Assembly: GCA_963618055.1 (NCBI GenBank)
Contig: CAVERI010000006.1
Location: 431-64,430 of the forward strand
Source of the DNA: a bacterium
GTDB taxonomy: Bacteria > Bacillota > Clostridia > Christensenellales > Aristaeellaceae
DNA: 64,000 nt
Reading direction: 5' to 3'
Part shown: piece by piece, positions 51,152 to 61,249 of the stretch
Layout: every line of letters starts with the position of its first letter
How positions within the stretch are numbered: the stretch's first letter is position 1
The notes under the pieces: model-generated
Seen by the model: only the letters and a program-made list of their open reading frames with translations
Databases searched by the model: none
Told to the model about the DNA's origin: nothing
Position numbers and translations under genes: made by a program

Positions 51152-51978
51152 ACGTCGGTATCGTGGGGCTCGGCCTGATTGGCGGCTCTCTGGCCAAGAG
51201 CGTCAAAAAGCACAGCGAGCATACCGTGTGGGGCTTTGACATTGATTCCGACGCAGTGACGCAGGCGCTGATGTGCGGCGCGATTGACGAAGCGCTGACG
51301 GACGCGCTGCTTCCGCGCTGCGGCGTGGTGCTGGTGGCGCTGTATCCGGGCGCGTGCGTGCGCTACATCGAGGAGCACGCGGAAGCGTTCGCGCCGGGCG
51401 CGTGGGTGATCGACTGCGCGGGCGTGAAGCGCGCCGTGTACGAGCCGGTTTCGAAGGTCGCCGAGGGGCGAGGCTGGACGTACATCGGCGGGCACCCGAT
51501 GGCGGGGCGGGAGTATTCCGGCTTCCGTCACGCGACGGGAACGCTGTTTGAGCGCGCCAGCATGATTCTCACGCCCATGCCGGACGCGGACATTGAGACG
51601 CTGGAGGCCGCGAAGGCGTTCTTTCTGGAAATCGGCTTCAAAACCGTGCGCATCACCACGCCGGAGGAGCACGACCGCATGATTTCGTACACCTCCCAGC
51701 TGGCGCACATCGTTTCCAGCGCGTATATCAAAAATCCGTGCTCCGCGCAGCACAAGGATTTTTCCGCCGGCAGCTTTCAGGACATGACGCGCGTGGCGCG
51801 GCTGAACGAAACCATGTGGACGGAGCTGTTTCTGGACAACGCCGACCTGCTGGTGCCGTCCATCGACGATTTGATTCTGCGCCTGACCCAGTATCGCCGC
51901 GCGCTGGCGGAGGAAAACGCCGGCGAGCTGCGCGAGCTTCTGAAGGAAGGGCGCGTCATGCGCGAGAACCTCGATTAA
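51148..51978 (+). CDS. tyrA: prephenate dehydrogenase
   Basis: ATGA overlap with aroF. The N-terminal Rossmann motif is [23 protein letters not shown] and [19 protein letters not shown] are also present. Confidence 0.9.
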   Translation: MNVGIVGLGLIGGSLAKSVKKHSEHTVWGFDIDSDAVTQALMCGAIDEALTDALLPRCGVVLVALYPGACVRYIEEHAEAFAPGAWVIDCAGVKRAVYEPVSKVAEGRGWTYIGGHPMAGREYSGFRHATGTLFERASMILTPMPDADIETLEAAKAFFLEIGFKTVRITTPEEHDRMISYTSQLAHIVSSAYIKNPCSAQHKDFSAGSFQDMTRVARLNETMWTELFLDNADLLVPSIDDLILRLTQYRRALAEENAGELRELLKEGRVMRENLD

Positions 51979-51992
51979 AAAGGAGAAAGCCC

Positions 51993-53051
51993 ATGCAAAC
52001 CGTACACATTGGCGTTTCCGCTCCCTACGACGTGCTGGTGGGGCCGGGTCTTTTGTCCGAATGCGGCGCGCGCATGCGCGAAGCGGTCGGGCTGTGCCGC
52101 GCCGCGATTGTGAGCGATTCCACGGTGGACGCGCTCTACGGCGACCGGGTGGAGCGCAGCCTGCGGGAATCCGGGTATGACGCGCTGCGGTGCGTTTTTC
52201 CCGCCGGAGAACGGAACAAGACGCTCGCGACGCTCGGCGGCATTCTGGAATTTCTGGCGGAGAACCATCTGACGCGCGCGGATGTGGTCGTGGCGCTGGG
52301 CGGCGGCGTGACCGGCGATATGGCGGGCTTCGCGGCGGCGGTGTACATGCGCGGCATTCGCTTTGTACAGCTGCCCACCACGCTGCTGGCGGCGGTGGAC
52401 GCTTCCGTGGGCGGGAAGACGGCGGTCGATCTGGCCGCGGGGAAGAACCTCGCGGGCGCGTTTCATCAGCCGTCGCTGGTGCTGACGGACGTGGACGTGA
52501 TTCGCGCGCTGCCACAGCATCTTCTTTCGGACGGCGCGGCGGAGATCATCAAGCACGGCGTGCTGGCCGACGCGGCGCTGTTTGAACGGATGTGCGCGCC
52601 GGATTGGACGCGCGAAATGGAGACGATTCTCGCGCGCAACGTCGCCATCAAGCGCGACGTGGTGGTTTCAGACGAGCGCGAAAACGGCGCGCGGCAGCTT
52701 CTGAACCTTGGCCACACCTTCGGGCATGCCGTCGAGAAGTGCTCCGGCTACGCGATGAGCCACGGGCAGAGCGTGGCCGTGGGCATGGTTCTCGCCGCGG
52801 GCGCGGCGGGGAACGAGGACGTATGCCGCGCGATTATCGCCGCCAGCCGGAACTGCGGGCTGCCGGTGACGGCGCCCTATTCCGCGAAAACGCTCGCGGA
52901 GGCGGCGCTTTCGGATAAAAAGCGTCGGGGCGGCCTTGTGACGCTGGTGCTGCCCGAGCACGTCGGCAGGTGCCGGCTTGAAAAGGTGGAGGTTTCCCGG
53001 CTGGAGGAATATTTCCAGAAGGGGATCGCCATGGCGGAGGCGGTTTCATGA
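51993..53051 (+). CDS. aroB: 3-dehydroquinate synthase
   Basis: ATG 51993 follows AAGGAGA. Motifs are [35 protein letters not shown] and [12 protein letters not shown]. Confidence 0.95.
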   Translation: MQTVHIGVSAPYDVLVGPGLLSECGARMREAVGLCRAAIVSDSTVDALYGDRVERSLRESGYDALRCVFPAGERNKTLATLGGILEFLAENHLTRADVVVALGGGVTGDMAGFAAAVYMRGIRFVQLPTTLLAAVDASVGGKTAVDLAAGKNLAGAFHQPSLVLTDVDVIRALPQHLLSDGAAEIIKHGVLADAALFERMCAPDWTREMETILARNVAIKRDVVVSDERENGARQLLNLGHTFGHAVEKCSGYAMSHGQSVAVGMVLAAGAAGNEDVCRAIIAASRNCGLPVTAPYSAKTLAEAALSDKKRRGGLVTLVLPEHVGRCRLEKVEVSRLEEYFQKGIAMAEAVS

Positions 53052-54376
53052 ACGCGGTGATTCATCCCGGGCTTTTGCAGGGCGGCGTGCGGGTTCCGCC
53101 GTCCAAATCGGCGGCGCACCGCGCGCTGATCGCGTCGGCGCTGGCGGACGCGCCGACGGAAATCGAGATTTCCGCGCTGAACGAGGACATTCTGGCGACG
53201 ATCGGCTGTCTGCGCGCGCTGGGCGCAAAGATTGAACAGACGGACGAGGGACTGCGCGTGTCTCCGATTGAAAGAGCGAGCCGCGCGGAAGCCGCGGGCG
53301 AGAATGGGATTCGCGCGTCTTCGGACGGAGAATCAGTTTGCGCGGAGTCGGCGGGCGAGGATGAATTGCGCGTGCTGAACTGCGGGGAAAGCGGTTCGAC
53401 GCTGCGGTTCATGCTGCCGGTCGCGGCGGCGCTGGGCGCGGCGTGCGTGTTTACCGGCGGCGGACGGCTTCCCGAAAGGCCGAACCGCATCCTGACCGAC
53501 GCGCTCAACGCGCACGGCGCGTATGCGGACAGGGAGCTTCTGCCGATTCGCCTTTCAGGACGGCTGACCGGCGGCACGTATGCCGTGGCCGGAAACGTGA
53601 GCTCGCAGTACATTACCGGGCTTCTGCTGGCGCTGCCGCTGTGCGCGCAGGACAGCGAAATCGTGCTGACAAAGGCGCTGGAATCAGCGTCGTATGTGGA
53701 AATCACGCTTGAAACGCTGGCGGCGTTTGGCGTTCGGGTGCTTAAAACGCAGCAGGGCTGGCATGTGCCCGGCGGTCAGCGCTACAGAAGCCCCGGCCGC
53801 GTGCGCGTGGAGGGCGACTGGTCGGCGGCCGCGTTCTGGCTGGCGGCGAACGCGCTCGGCAGCCGTGTGGAATGCAAGGGGCTGAACGCGGACTCCGCGC
53901 AGGGCGACCGCGCGATTGCGCGAATGCTGAACGAGCTGGGCGGTGAAATCGACGTGTCCGACACGCCCGATCTGGTGCCCGCGCTGGCCGTCGCGGCGGC
54001 GGCGCATCCGGGGCAAACGCATATCACCGGCGCGGCGCGGCTGCGGGTGAAGGAAAGTGACCGTCTGCGCGCCGTGGCGGATTTGCTGCGCGCGCTGGGC
54101 GGGCGGGTCGAGGAGCTTTCGGATGGGCTGATCATCGACGGCGGGCATCCGTTTACCGGCGGAACGGTGAACGGCGCGAACGATCACCGCATCGTAATGG
54201 CCGCCGCCATTGCCGCGACCGCCGCGCGGGGCGACGTAATCATCACGGACGCGCAGGCCGTGGCGAAGTCCTACCCGGGTTTCTTTGAGGAGCTCCGGCG
54301 GCTGGGCGGGCGCTGCGAGGTTGGATGCAATGAAACAACTCCGATGGCGGGGAGGGAAGGGAAATGTCAAATCTGA
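53048..54376 (+). CDS. aroA: 3-phosphoshikimate 1-carboxyvinyltransferase (EPSP synthase)
   Basis: ATGA overlap with aroB. Motifs are PPSKSAAHRALI, NCGESGSTLRFM, LRVKESDR and NDHRIVMA. Confidence 0.95.
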   Translation: MNAVIHPGLLQGGVRVPPSKSAAHRALIASALADAPTEIEISALNEDILATIGCLRALGAKIEQTDEGLRVSPIERASRAEAAGENGIRASSDGESVCAESAGEDELRVLNCGESGSTLRFMLPVAAALGAACVFTGGGRLPERPNRILTDALNAHGAYADRELLPIRLSGRLTGGTYAVAGNVSSQYITGLLLALPLCAQDSEIVLTKALESASYVEITLETLAAFGVRVLKTQQGWHVPGGQRYRSPGRVRVEGDWSAAAFWLAANALGSRVECKGLNADSAQGDRAIARMLNELGGEIDVSDTPDLVPALAVAAAAHPGQTHITGAARLRVKESDRLRAVADLLRALGGRVEELSDGLIIDGGHPFTGGTVNGANDHRIVMAAAIAATAARGDVIITDAQAVAKSYPGFFEELRRLGGRCEVGCNETTPMAGREGKCQI

Positions 54377-55440
54377 TCGGCAACCGGTTTCGCGTGCTCG
54401 TGTTCGGGCAGTCGCACGCGCCGTCGATCGGCGCGGTGATCGAGGGGCTTCCCGCCGGGTTTGTGCCCGACTGGGATGCGGTTTCCGCGTTTATGGCGCG
54501 GCGCGCGCCGGGCGGAAGTGCGCTTTCCACGGCGCGCAGGGAGGCGGACGCGCCGGAGATTCTGTCCGGGCTGAACGAACGCGGGGAAACCTGCGGCGCG
54601 CCGCTGGCTATGCGCATCGTGAACGGCGACGCGCGCTCGCGGGATTACGAGAAGCTGAGGGACGTGCCGCGCCCGGGGCACGCGGATTATCCCGCGGGCG
54701 TGAAGTTTGACGGGCACAGCGACATTCGCGGCGGCGGGCAGTTTTCAGGCCGTCTGACCGCGCCGTTGTGCTTTGCGGGCGCGCTCGCAATGCAGCTTTT
54801 GGCGCGGGAGGGCGTGCGCGTGCGCGCGCGTATCGCGCAGATTGAAGGCGTGTTCGACGCGCCGATGGACTTCGCGAGGCCGAAGCTGGACGCGATTGCG
54901 GCCGAGGGGCTGCCGGTTGTGGATTCGGCGGCGGGCGCGCGGATGGAGCGTGCGATTCTTCAGGCGAAGGCGGAGGGCGATTCCGTGGGCGGCGTGATCG
55001 AGTGCTTCGCCGCGGGGCTTCCCGCCGGACTGGGCGAGCCGATGTTCGACGGCGTGGAAAACCGGCTCGCGCGGGCGCTGTGGGGCATTCCCGCCGTGCG
55101 CGGCGTGGAGTTCGGCGCGGGCTTCGCCGCGGCCGGGATGCGCGGCAGCGCGCACAACGACGCGTACCGCGTGGCAGACGGCCGCGTGGTCACGGAGACC
55201 AACCGGCACGGCGGCGTTCTGGGCGGCATTACGACCGGCATGCCCATCGTCGTGCGCGCGGCGATCAAGCCCACACCGTCCATTGCCAAGGAGCAGGAAA
55301 GCGTGTCCCTTTCCCGAAATGAAAACGAAGTCCTGACCGTGGACGGACGGCACGACCCGTGCATCGTGCCGCGCGCCGTGCCCTGCGTGGAGGCGGTCGT
55401 GGCCATGGTGCTGTATGACCTTCTTTTGGAGAGGAGCTGA
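54364..55440 (+). CDS. aroC: chorismate synthase
   Basis: FRVLVFGQSHAPSIGAVIEG, RRAPG, RPGHADY and GGGQFSGR. Confidence 0.95.
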   Translation: MSNLIGNRFRVLVFGQSHAPSIGAVIEGLPAGFVPDWDAVSAFMARRAPGGSALSTARREADAPEILSGLNERGETCGAPLAMRIVNGDARSRDYEKLRDVPRPGHADYPAGVKFDGHSDIRGGGQFSGRLTAPLCFAGALAMQLLAREGVRVRARIAQIEGVFDAPMDFARPKLDAIAAEGLPVVDSAAGARMERAILQAKAEGDSVGGVIECFAAGLPAGLGEPMFDGVENRLARALWGIPAVRGVEFGAGFAAAGMRGSAHNDAYRVADGRVVTETNRHGGVLGGITTGMPIVVRAAIKPTPSIAKEQESVSLSRNENEVLTVDGRHDPCIVPRAVPCVEAVVAMVLYDLLLERS

Positions 55441-55445
55441 AGAAA

Positions 55446-56585
55446 ATGGAATTGAATTCGGTTCGCGCGCGCATTGACGCGATTGACAACGAGCTTACGC
55501 GCCTGTTCACCGAGCGCATGCAGACGGTGGCGGAGGTGGCGCAGGTGAAAAAGGCGACGGGCAAGGCCGTGCGCGACCCTGCCCGGGAGCGCGCCGTGGT
55601 AAACCGCGTGACCGCGCAGGCGGGCGACGCTTTTGCGCCCTATGTGAAGAACCTGTACGGGCTGATTTTTGAACTGAGCCGCAATTATGAAACCATGCTG
55701 ATGGGCGAGCGCTCGCCGCTGGGCGACCGGATTGAGCAGGCCTGCCGCGAGGGTGAGGGCAAGCGTCTGCCGGGACGCGCGCTGGTGGCCTGTCAGGGTA
55801 CGGAGGGCGCCTACGCGCAGCAGGCGTGCGAAAAGCTGTTCGAATACCCGGACATTCTGTATTTCGACAGCTTTGACGGCGTGTTCAACGCGGTGGAAAA
55901 GGGCATGTGCGAATTTGGCGTGCTGCCCATTGAAAACAGCACCGCGGGCTCCGTCACGCAGGTGTACGACCTGATGGAGAAGCATTCGTTCCATATCGTG
56001 GGCGCGCGCAGGCTTCGGATTGACCATCATCTGCTCAGAAAGCCCGGCGCGGCGGGCCCGATTCGCATGATCGTGTCCCACGAACAGGCGCTTCGCCAGT
56101 GCAGCGAGTTTCTGAACGCGCATCCGGAATGCGAGGCCGTTCCCATGGCCAATACCGCCGTGGCGGCGCAGTTTGTCGCGGATTCCGAGCGCGACGACGT
56201 GGCGGTGATTGCCGCGAAGACGTGCGCGGAGCTGTATAATCTGGAGGTCGTCGGCGAATCCGTGAGCAATGTGCAGAGCAACTATACGCGCTTTATCTGC
56301 ATTTCCCGCAGGCTGGAAATCTATCGCGGGGCGCGGAAAATCTCCATCATGTGCAACCTGCCCCACGAGGCGGGCTCGCTGAACTCGGTCATTTCCCGGC
56401 TGGCCATCGCGGGCATCAACCTGTGCAAGCTGGAAAGCCGGCCGATTCCCGGGCGCGATTTCGAATTTCGCTTCTTCTTTGATATGGAAGCCGACCCGCG
56501 AGACCCGGAGGTCGTGCAGCTGTTGTGCGAGCTGGAGCGCAAGAGCGAGCATTTTGTGTTCTTGGGCGCATATGAGGAGCGCTGA
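55446..56585 (+). CDS. pheA: bifunctional chorismate mutase / prephenate dehydratase (P-protein) with C-terminal ACT domain
   Basis: CM_2 N-terminus (LNSVRARIDAIDNELTRLFTERM), PDT core (VACQGTEGAYAQQA...PIENSTAGSV), and ACT (ISIMCNLPHEAGSLNSVISRLA...NLCKLESRP). Confidence 0.9.
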   Translation: MELNSVRARIDAIDNELTRLFTERMQTVAEVAQVKKATGKAVRDPARERAVVNRVTAQAGDAFAPYVKNLYGLIFELSRNYETMLMGERSPLGDRIEQACREGEGKRLPGRALVACQGTEGAYAQQACEKLFEYPDILYFDSFDGVFNAVEKGMCEFGVLPIENSTAGSVTQVYDLMEKHSFHIVGARRLRIDHHLLRKPGAAGPIRMIVSHEQALRQCSEFLNAHPECEAVPMANTAVAAQFVADSERDDVAVIAAKTCAELYNLEVVGESVSNVQSNYTRFICISRRLEIYRGARKISIMCNLPHEAGSLNSVISRLAIAGINLCKLESRPIPGRDFEFRFFFDMEADPRDPEVVQLLCELERKSEHFVFLGAYEER

Positions 56586-56590
56586 CGGGC

Positions 56591-57832
56591 ATGGAATACG
56601 GTTTGATCGGCGAGAGGCTGGGGCACAGCTATTCTCAGATGATTCACGCGCGGCTGGCCGACTATCGGTATGAGCTGAAGGAGGTTGCGCCGGAGAAGCT
56701 GGACGCGTTCATCGAAGCGCGGAATTTCCGGGGGCTGAACGTCACCATTCCCTACAAGCAGGCGGTGATGAAGCACTGTGCCGAGCTGTCGCCGGAGGCG
56801 GTAGAGGTGGGCAGCGTGAACACGCTCCTCTTGCGCCCGGACGGCAGCCTGTTTGGACACAACACGGACATCGATGGCTTCATTTATATGCTGCGCCGGG
56901 GCGGAATCGAGCCCGCCGGCGCGAAGGCCGTGATTCTCGGCAGCGGCGGAACCAGCCTGACCGCCCATGCGGCGCTGACAAGGCTGGGCGCGCGGGAGAT
57001 CGTGACGATTTCCCGCAGGGGGCCGGTGGACTACGCGGCGCTGTACGCCGAGCATGCCGACGCGGAGATTTTAGTGAACGCTACGCCCGTGGGCATGTAT
57101 CCGAAAAACGGTGTGTCGCCGGTGGAGCTCGGCCGGCTGCCGAGCGTGCGCGGCGTGGCGGACGTGATCTATAACCCCGAAAAGACGGCGCTGATTCTCG
57201 CCGCGCGGGCGAAGGGCATCCCGGCTGTGTCGGGGCTGACCATGCTGGTCGCGCAGGCGCGGGAGGCGGCGGAGCTGTTCGCGGGACGCGCGATTCCCGC
57301 CGAACGCGTGAAGGACATTGTGTCCGAAATCGGCGCGCAGACGCTGAACCTGATTCTGGTCGGCATGCCCGGCTGCGGAAAGACGACGCTGGGTCAGGCC
57401 GCCGCCGCCGCGCTCCAACGGGAATTTGTGGACTGCGACGCGGAAATCGTGTACCGCGCGGGGAAATCCATTCCGGAAATCTTCGCGCAGGACGGCGAGA
57501 GCGCGTTCCGGGCGCTGGAAAGCGACGTGCTGGCGGACGTGTGCCGCGGGCACGGACTTGTGATTTCCACCGGCGGCGGCGCGGTGCTGCGCCCGGAGAA
57601 CAGGAACGCCATGCGCCAGAACGGGCGCGTCTGCCTGATTCGACGGGCGATTGAATTGCTCCCGCGCGACGGACGGCCATTGTCCGCGTCGGAGGACGCG
57701 GTGGAGCGGCTGTGGGAAGCGCGCCGCGCGGCGTATGAATCGGCGGCGGATTTCTCGGTGGAAAACGACGGAACCGTCGAATCGGCGGCGGAGAAGATAA
57801 GGGAGGGCTTTTATGAAGCTGCTCATCATTAA
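56591..57832 (+). CDS. fused shikimate dehydrogenase (AroE) / shikimate kinase (AroK)
   Basis: The N-terminal half has GLIGERLGHSYS, NVTIPYKQ, NTD and GSGG. The C-terminal 150 aa or so has P-loop LILVGMPGCGKTT, then FVDCD and STGGGAV. Confidence 0.9.
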   Translation: MEYGLIGERLGHSYSQMIHARLADYRYELKEVAPEKLDAFIEARNFRGLNVTIPYKQAVMKHCAELSPEAVEVGSVNTLLLRPDGSLFGHNTDIDGFIYMLRRGGIEPAGAKAVILGSGGTSLTAHAALTRLGAREIVTISRRGPVDYAALYAEHADAEILVNATPVGMYPKNGVSPVELGRLPSVRGVADVIYNPEKTALILAARAKGIPAVSGLTMLVAQAREAAELFAGRAIPAERVKDIVSEIGAQTLNLILVGMPGCGKTTLGQAAAAALQREFVDCDAEIVYRAGKSIPEIFAQDGESAFRALESDVLADVCRGHGLVISTGGGAVLRPENRNAMRQNGRVCLIRRAIELLPRDGRPLSASEDAVERLWEARRAAYESAADFSVENDGTVESAAEKIREGFYEAAHH

Positions 57833-58247
57833 CGGGCCGAACCTGAACATGCTCGGCATTCGGGAAAAGCATCTTTATGGCGCTCGGGATTACGCGGCGC
57901 TGTGCGAATACGTGAGAGAGCAGGGGCGGCGGCTCGGCGTGGAGGTGGAGCTGTTCCAGTCCAACCACGAGGGCGCGCTGGTCGACTGCATTCAGGCGGC
58001 GTATCAGCGCATCGACGGCATTGTGATCAACCCGGGCGCGTACACGCACACCAGCGTCGCGCTGCTGGACGCGCTGAAGGCCGTGGACATTCCCGCCTGC
58101 GAGGTGCATCTGACGGACGTGAACGCGCGCGAGGAATTTCGCAGGATTTCCTATGTGCGGCTGGCCTGCAAAAGGACGTTCGCGGGCTGCGGCTTCGACG
58201 GCTATCGGATGGCGATGGAGTACTTGGTCGGCGAACAGCCGGAATAA
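57813..58247 (+). CDS. aroQ: type II 3-dehydroquinate dehydratase
   Basis: MKLLIINGPNLNMLGIRE..., FQSNHEG and INPGAYTHTSVAL. It overlaps the 3-prime end of aroE/K by 20 nt. Confidence 0.95.
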   Translation: MKLLIINGPNLNMLGIREKHLYGARDYAALCEYVREQGRRLGVEVELFQSNHEGALVDCIQAAYQRIDGIVINPGAYTHTSVALLDALKAVDIPACEVHLTDVNAREEFRRISYVRLACKRTFAGCGFDGYRMAMEYLVGEQPE

Positions 58248-58253
58248 AAAACG

Positions 58254-58280
58254 GCGGCGGGGGAGAAAATCCCTCGCCGC
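58254..58280. terminator. hairpin between the convergent aro operon and glycosidase gene
   Basis: GCGGCGGGGGA (58254-58264) pairs with TCCCTCGCCGC (58270-58280), with a GAAAA loop. The T-run follows on the minus strand (A6 at 58246-58251 on the plus strand), so it is best suited to the minus-strand gene. It may also stop the aro transcript. Confidence 0.6.
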
Positions 58281-58287
58281 TCCATGG

Positions 58288-59898
58288 CTACAGGCTTTTT
58301 CCGGCGAACAGAACGTTCACGTCGTCGGGGAACCAGTCGTAGTGGATTTCCTCGCCGTTCAGCAGCCAGCGCGCCGGGCAGATGTTTTCCATCCAGTCCA
58401 GCGGAATCAGTGTGTCCCGCTGCACGGAATTGCGTGCGTAGGCTTCGCGAAGCTCGGCAAGCTGCGCGTCCGTCAGCACGTCGGGCTTGCAGGATACGAA
58501 CAGCGGCGTGCCGCTCTTGGAAAGGATATCCAGCCATTGGCCGACCTGCGCCCACGGAATTTTGCCCGTGACGCCCACGCAGTCCGCGTCCACGGCGTAA
58601 AACGCGCCGTGCTGCATCATGCGGAAGGCCAGCGTGTTCACGCCCATGCGGCGGGTGATGTCCCAGCTCATGCCGTTGATGTCCGCGCCCGTGCGTCCCA
58701 GTTCCACCAGCCCCGCGCTCAGGTGCGAAATGGTGGCGCAGCCGATGAGCGCCACGTCATCGCCCGCGGCCTCGCGAATCGCGCGGTAGAAATTGGTGAT
58801 GATTTCCGCGGAGGTCTTGGAGCGGTCGTGGAAGTGCCAGCCGTCCTCGGCGATCACGTAGGGAATTTTGTAGCCGCGGCGGCCCAGAATATCCTGCGTG
58901 GAGCAGTCGAACTTGATCAGCTGATAGCCCCAGTCGACGAACCGGCGCGTCGTTTTCCGGATGTACTCCAGCACGCCGGGGTGGGACGGATCCAGATAAT
59001 TCGCGTTATAGGAGAGATGCCAGCCGTCGGGCAGTCCGCACACGTGATCCTCGTCGCAGATATAGCGAACCCAGATGCCCGGGCGCACGCCCCGCGCGCG
59101 GATGGACGCGGCCAGGGCGGGCATGTCGGGAAAGGCGGCATTGCCCCTGTCCCACGGGCCGTTCTTGGGATTGGGCGACCAGCCGTCGTCAATCACCATA
59201 TAGGGCGCGTTTTCGTTGCCCGCGCACAGGTCGGAGACGATGCGCGCGTCCTCTAAAATCTGATCGTGCGAGCTTACGCCGTAGGCATAGTACCAGTTGT
59301 TCGCGCCGTAAACGGGATGCTTCGGGGCGCGAACGCCGCGCGACATGGCGCGGCAGAACTGCTGACCGGCTTCGAAGGCCGTGCAGTTTTCATAGGTGCG
59401 GAAGAGGATTTCCGCCGCGCGGAGCGTGCGTCCGCCCAGAATCACGCCGCGGCCGCCGTTGCGCACGTCCATCCACAGCGTCACGCCGGACGCGTCGTAC
59501 TGCCAGAAGCACAGCGCGCCGGGCTGCGTCTTCACGCCGAAGCCCTCGGTTTTGCGCCCCTCGCGCGCCTGCTCCGCGTCGGTTCCGTTGGAAACCAGCG
59601 CGAACCACGGCATGCACCGCTCCGGCACGATGCCGCGCCATTCCAGATTGCCGCCCGCGCGCTCCCACGCGTCGCCGTAAATGCGAACGGGCTCCGCACG
59701 CTTTTCCTCGGGCGTGAAATGCCAGCGCAGACGCAGATAGCAAAGCGGCGTCTGCTCCGCCGTCAGCTCGGCCAGAAGAAGATCGTCCTTCAGCGTCAGG
59801 GTATATCGCGCGTCCGCGAGCGCGCCCCGCGCGCCGGTGAAGGACTGCCTGTCCTGCTCCGTATAAATGGTTGTCAAATCGGGAAGCCGCGTAATCAC
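58288..59898 (-). CDS. alpha-galactosidase-like glycoside hydrolase (clan GH-D), cytoplasmic
   Basis: NNWYYAYG...APYMVIDDGW, IWVRY, LDPSHPGV and YQLIKFDCS resemble GH36/GH27 catalytic-barrel motifs. The start is taken at GTG 59898, with AAGGAAG 9 nt upstream. The ORF extends to 59967. Confidence 0.65.
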   Translation of the reverse strand: MITRLPDLTTIYTEQDRQSFTGARGALADARYTLTLKDDLLLAELTAEQTPLCYLRLRWHFTPEEKRAEPVRIYGDAWERAGGNLEWRGIVPERCMPWFALVSNGTDAEQAREGRKTEGFGVKTQPGALCFWQYDASGVTLWMDVRNGGRGVILGGRTLRAAEILFRTYENCTAFEAGQQFCRAMSRGVRAPKHPVYGANNWYYAYGVSSHDQILEDARIVSDLCAGNENAPYMVIDDGWSPNPKNGPWDRGNAAFPDMPALAASIRARGVRPGIWVRYICDEDHVCGLPDGWHLSYNANYLDPSHPGVLEYIRKTTRRFVDWGYQLIKFDCSTQDILGRRGYKIPYVIAEDGWHFHDRSKTSAEIITNFYRAIREAAGDDVALIGCATISHLSAGLVELGRTGADINGMSWDITRRMGVNTLAFRMMQHGAFYAVDADCVGVTGKIPWAQVGQWLDILSKSGTPLFVSCKPDVLTDAQLAELREAYARNSVQRDTLIPLDWMENICPARWLLNGEEIHYDWFPDDVNVLFAGKSL

Positions 59899-59991
59899 TG
59901 CCGTCTCTTCCTTTCGAACGTAAAACTGCCCGCTCCGTATTATAAGCGCGGCGGCGGCGCATTTCAATAGGCAACCGAGACAAATCTTTGC

Positions 59992-60020
59992 TTGACAGGG
60001 CGAGACGTTTGTGGTATTAC
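59992..60020 (+). promoter_or_regulatory. azlCD promoter
   Basis: TTGACA (59992-59997), 17 nt, TGgTATTAC (TATTAC at 60015-60020). Confidence 0.5.
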
Positions 60021-60068
60021 TAATTGTCTATTGATTAAGTGGGAATTGAGAGAAGGAAGGGATTTTAA

Positions 60069-60752
60069 ATGACGAGGGCGGCGCTGCGCGAGGCGTTCAG
60101 GCGCTCGATTCCGATTCTGTGCAGCTATGCGTTTGTGGGCATGGCGTATGGAATGATGATGGCCGAGGCGGGGCAGAAGTGGTATGCCGCGCTGCTGATC
60201 AGCATGGTGGTGTATACGGGCGCGTTTCAGTTCGTGCTGATTTCGTTTCTGGCGGGCGGCGTGAGCCTTGGCGTGATCGCGCTCACGGCGCTTCTGATGA
60301 ACGGGCGGCAGCTGTTTTATTCGATCACCTTTCTGGACGATTTTTCAGGGATGGGGGCGCGCAAGCCCTTTATGATTCACACGCTGACGGACGAGACCTA
60401 CGCCGTGAACCTGTCGCTTCCGCCGGAGATGGAGAACCGGCGCGAGGTGATGTTCGGTGTGGCGCTGCTCAGTTGGCTGTACTGGGCGGCGGCGACGGTG
60501 TGCGGCTGCGTGCTTGGGAACCTGATTCCATGGGATATGACGGGCGTGGATTTCTGCATGACGGCGCTGTTTGTGATCATCCTGATCGACCAGTGGGAAA
60601 AGGCGAAGGATCACAGCCCGGCGCTTCTGGGCGGCGCGATTGCGCTGGCCTGTCTGGCGATTTTCGGCGGGCAGTCGTTCATGCTGCCGGCGCTGGTGCT
60701 CACGTCGGCGGGGCTGCTGATTCCGGGCAGGAAGGGGGCGAGGGCGAAATGA
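60069..60752 (+). CDS. azlC: AzlC-family branched-chain amino acid exporter subunit
   Basis: 227 aa polytopic. The pattern FRRSIPILCSYAFVGMAYGMMM...YTGAFQFV is typical of AzlC. Confidence 0.85.
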   Translation: MTRAALREAFRRSIPILCSYAFVGMAYGMMMAEAGQKWYAALLISMVVYTGAFQFVLISFLAGGVSLGVIALTALLMNGRQLFYSITFLDDFSGMGARKPFMIHTLTDETYAVNLSLPPEMENRREVMFGVALLSWLYWAAATVCGCVLGNLIPWDMTGVDFCMTALFVIILIDQWEKAKDHSPALLGGAIALACLAIFGGQSFMLPALVLTSAGLLIPGRKGARAK

Positions 60753-61069
60753 GCGGATATACGCTTGCGGCGATTCTGGTTTCGGCGGCCTGCACGCTGT
60801 CCATGCGCGCGCTGCCGTTTCTGATTTTCACAAAAAACCGCCCGATGCCCGCATGGCTGCACAGGCTTGGGAAGACCCTGCCTATGGCGATTATGGCGGT
60901 GCTTGTGGTGTATTGCCTGAAGGACGCGCTCGGCGACCCGGCGCACACCGGCCTTGCGCAGGCGCTGGGCGTGGCGGTGGTGGCGGCGAGCTATAAGTGG
61001 AGGCATTCCACGCTTCTGAGCATCCTGCTCGGAACGGCGGCGGTCATGCTCCTGCTTCGGATTCTGTGA
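60749..61069 (+). CDS. azlD: AzlD-family small membrane protein
   Basis: ATGA overlap with azlC. 106 aa, from the in-frame Met of track ORF 60119..61069 (MSGYTLAAILVSAACTLSMRALPFLIF...). Confidence 0.8.
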   Translation: MSGYTLAAILVSAACTLSMRALPFLIFTKNRPMPAWLHRLGKTLPMAIMAVLVVYCLKDALGDPAHTGLAQALGVAVVAASYKWRHSTLLSILLGTAAVMLLLRIL

Positions 61070-61090
61070 CGGGCGCGAGCCCGGTTTTTT
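61070..61090 (+). terminator. intrinsic terminator after azlD
   Basis: CGGGC-GCGA-GCCCG, followed by GTTTTTT. A second hairpin plus T6 follows at about 61100-61135. Confidence 0.7.
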
Positions 61091-61249
61091 GCCCGATTGT
61101 GCGGCGGAGGGAAGCAATTTCCGCCGTCGTTTTTTCTTGATGTCCCGTTTGGATAAATTATTGTCCCGCCGACCGCTTGAAAAGCCCGTGGGAGTCGTGT
61201 ATATTGGTATGGACGGCGGAGAATCGAAACGCGGAGGGGGAGAGGACGC

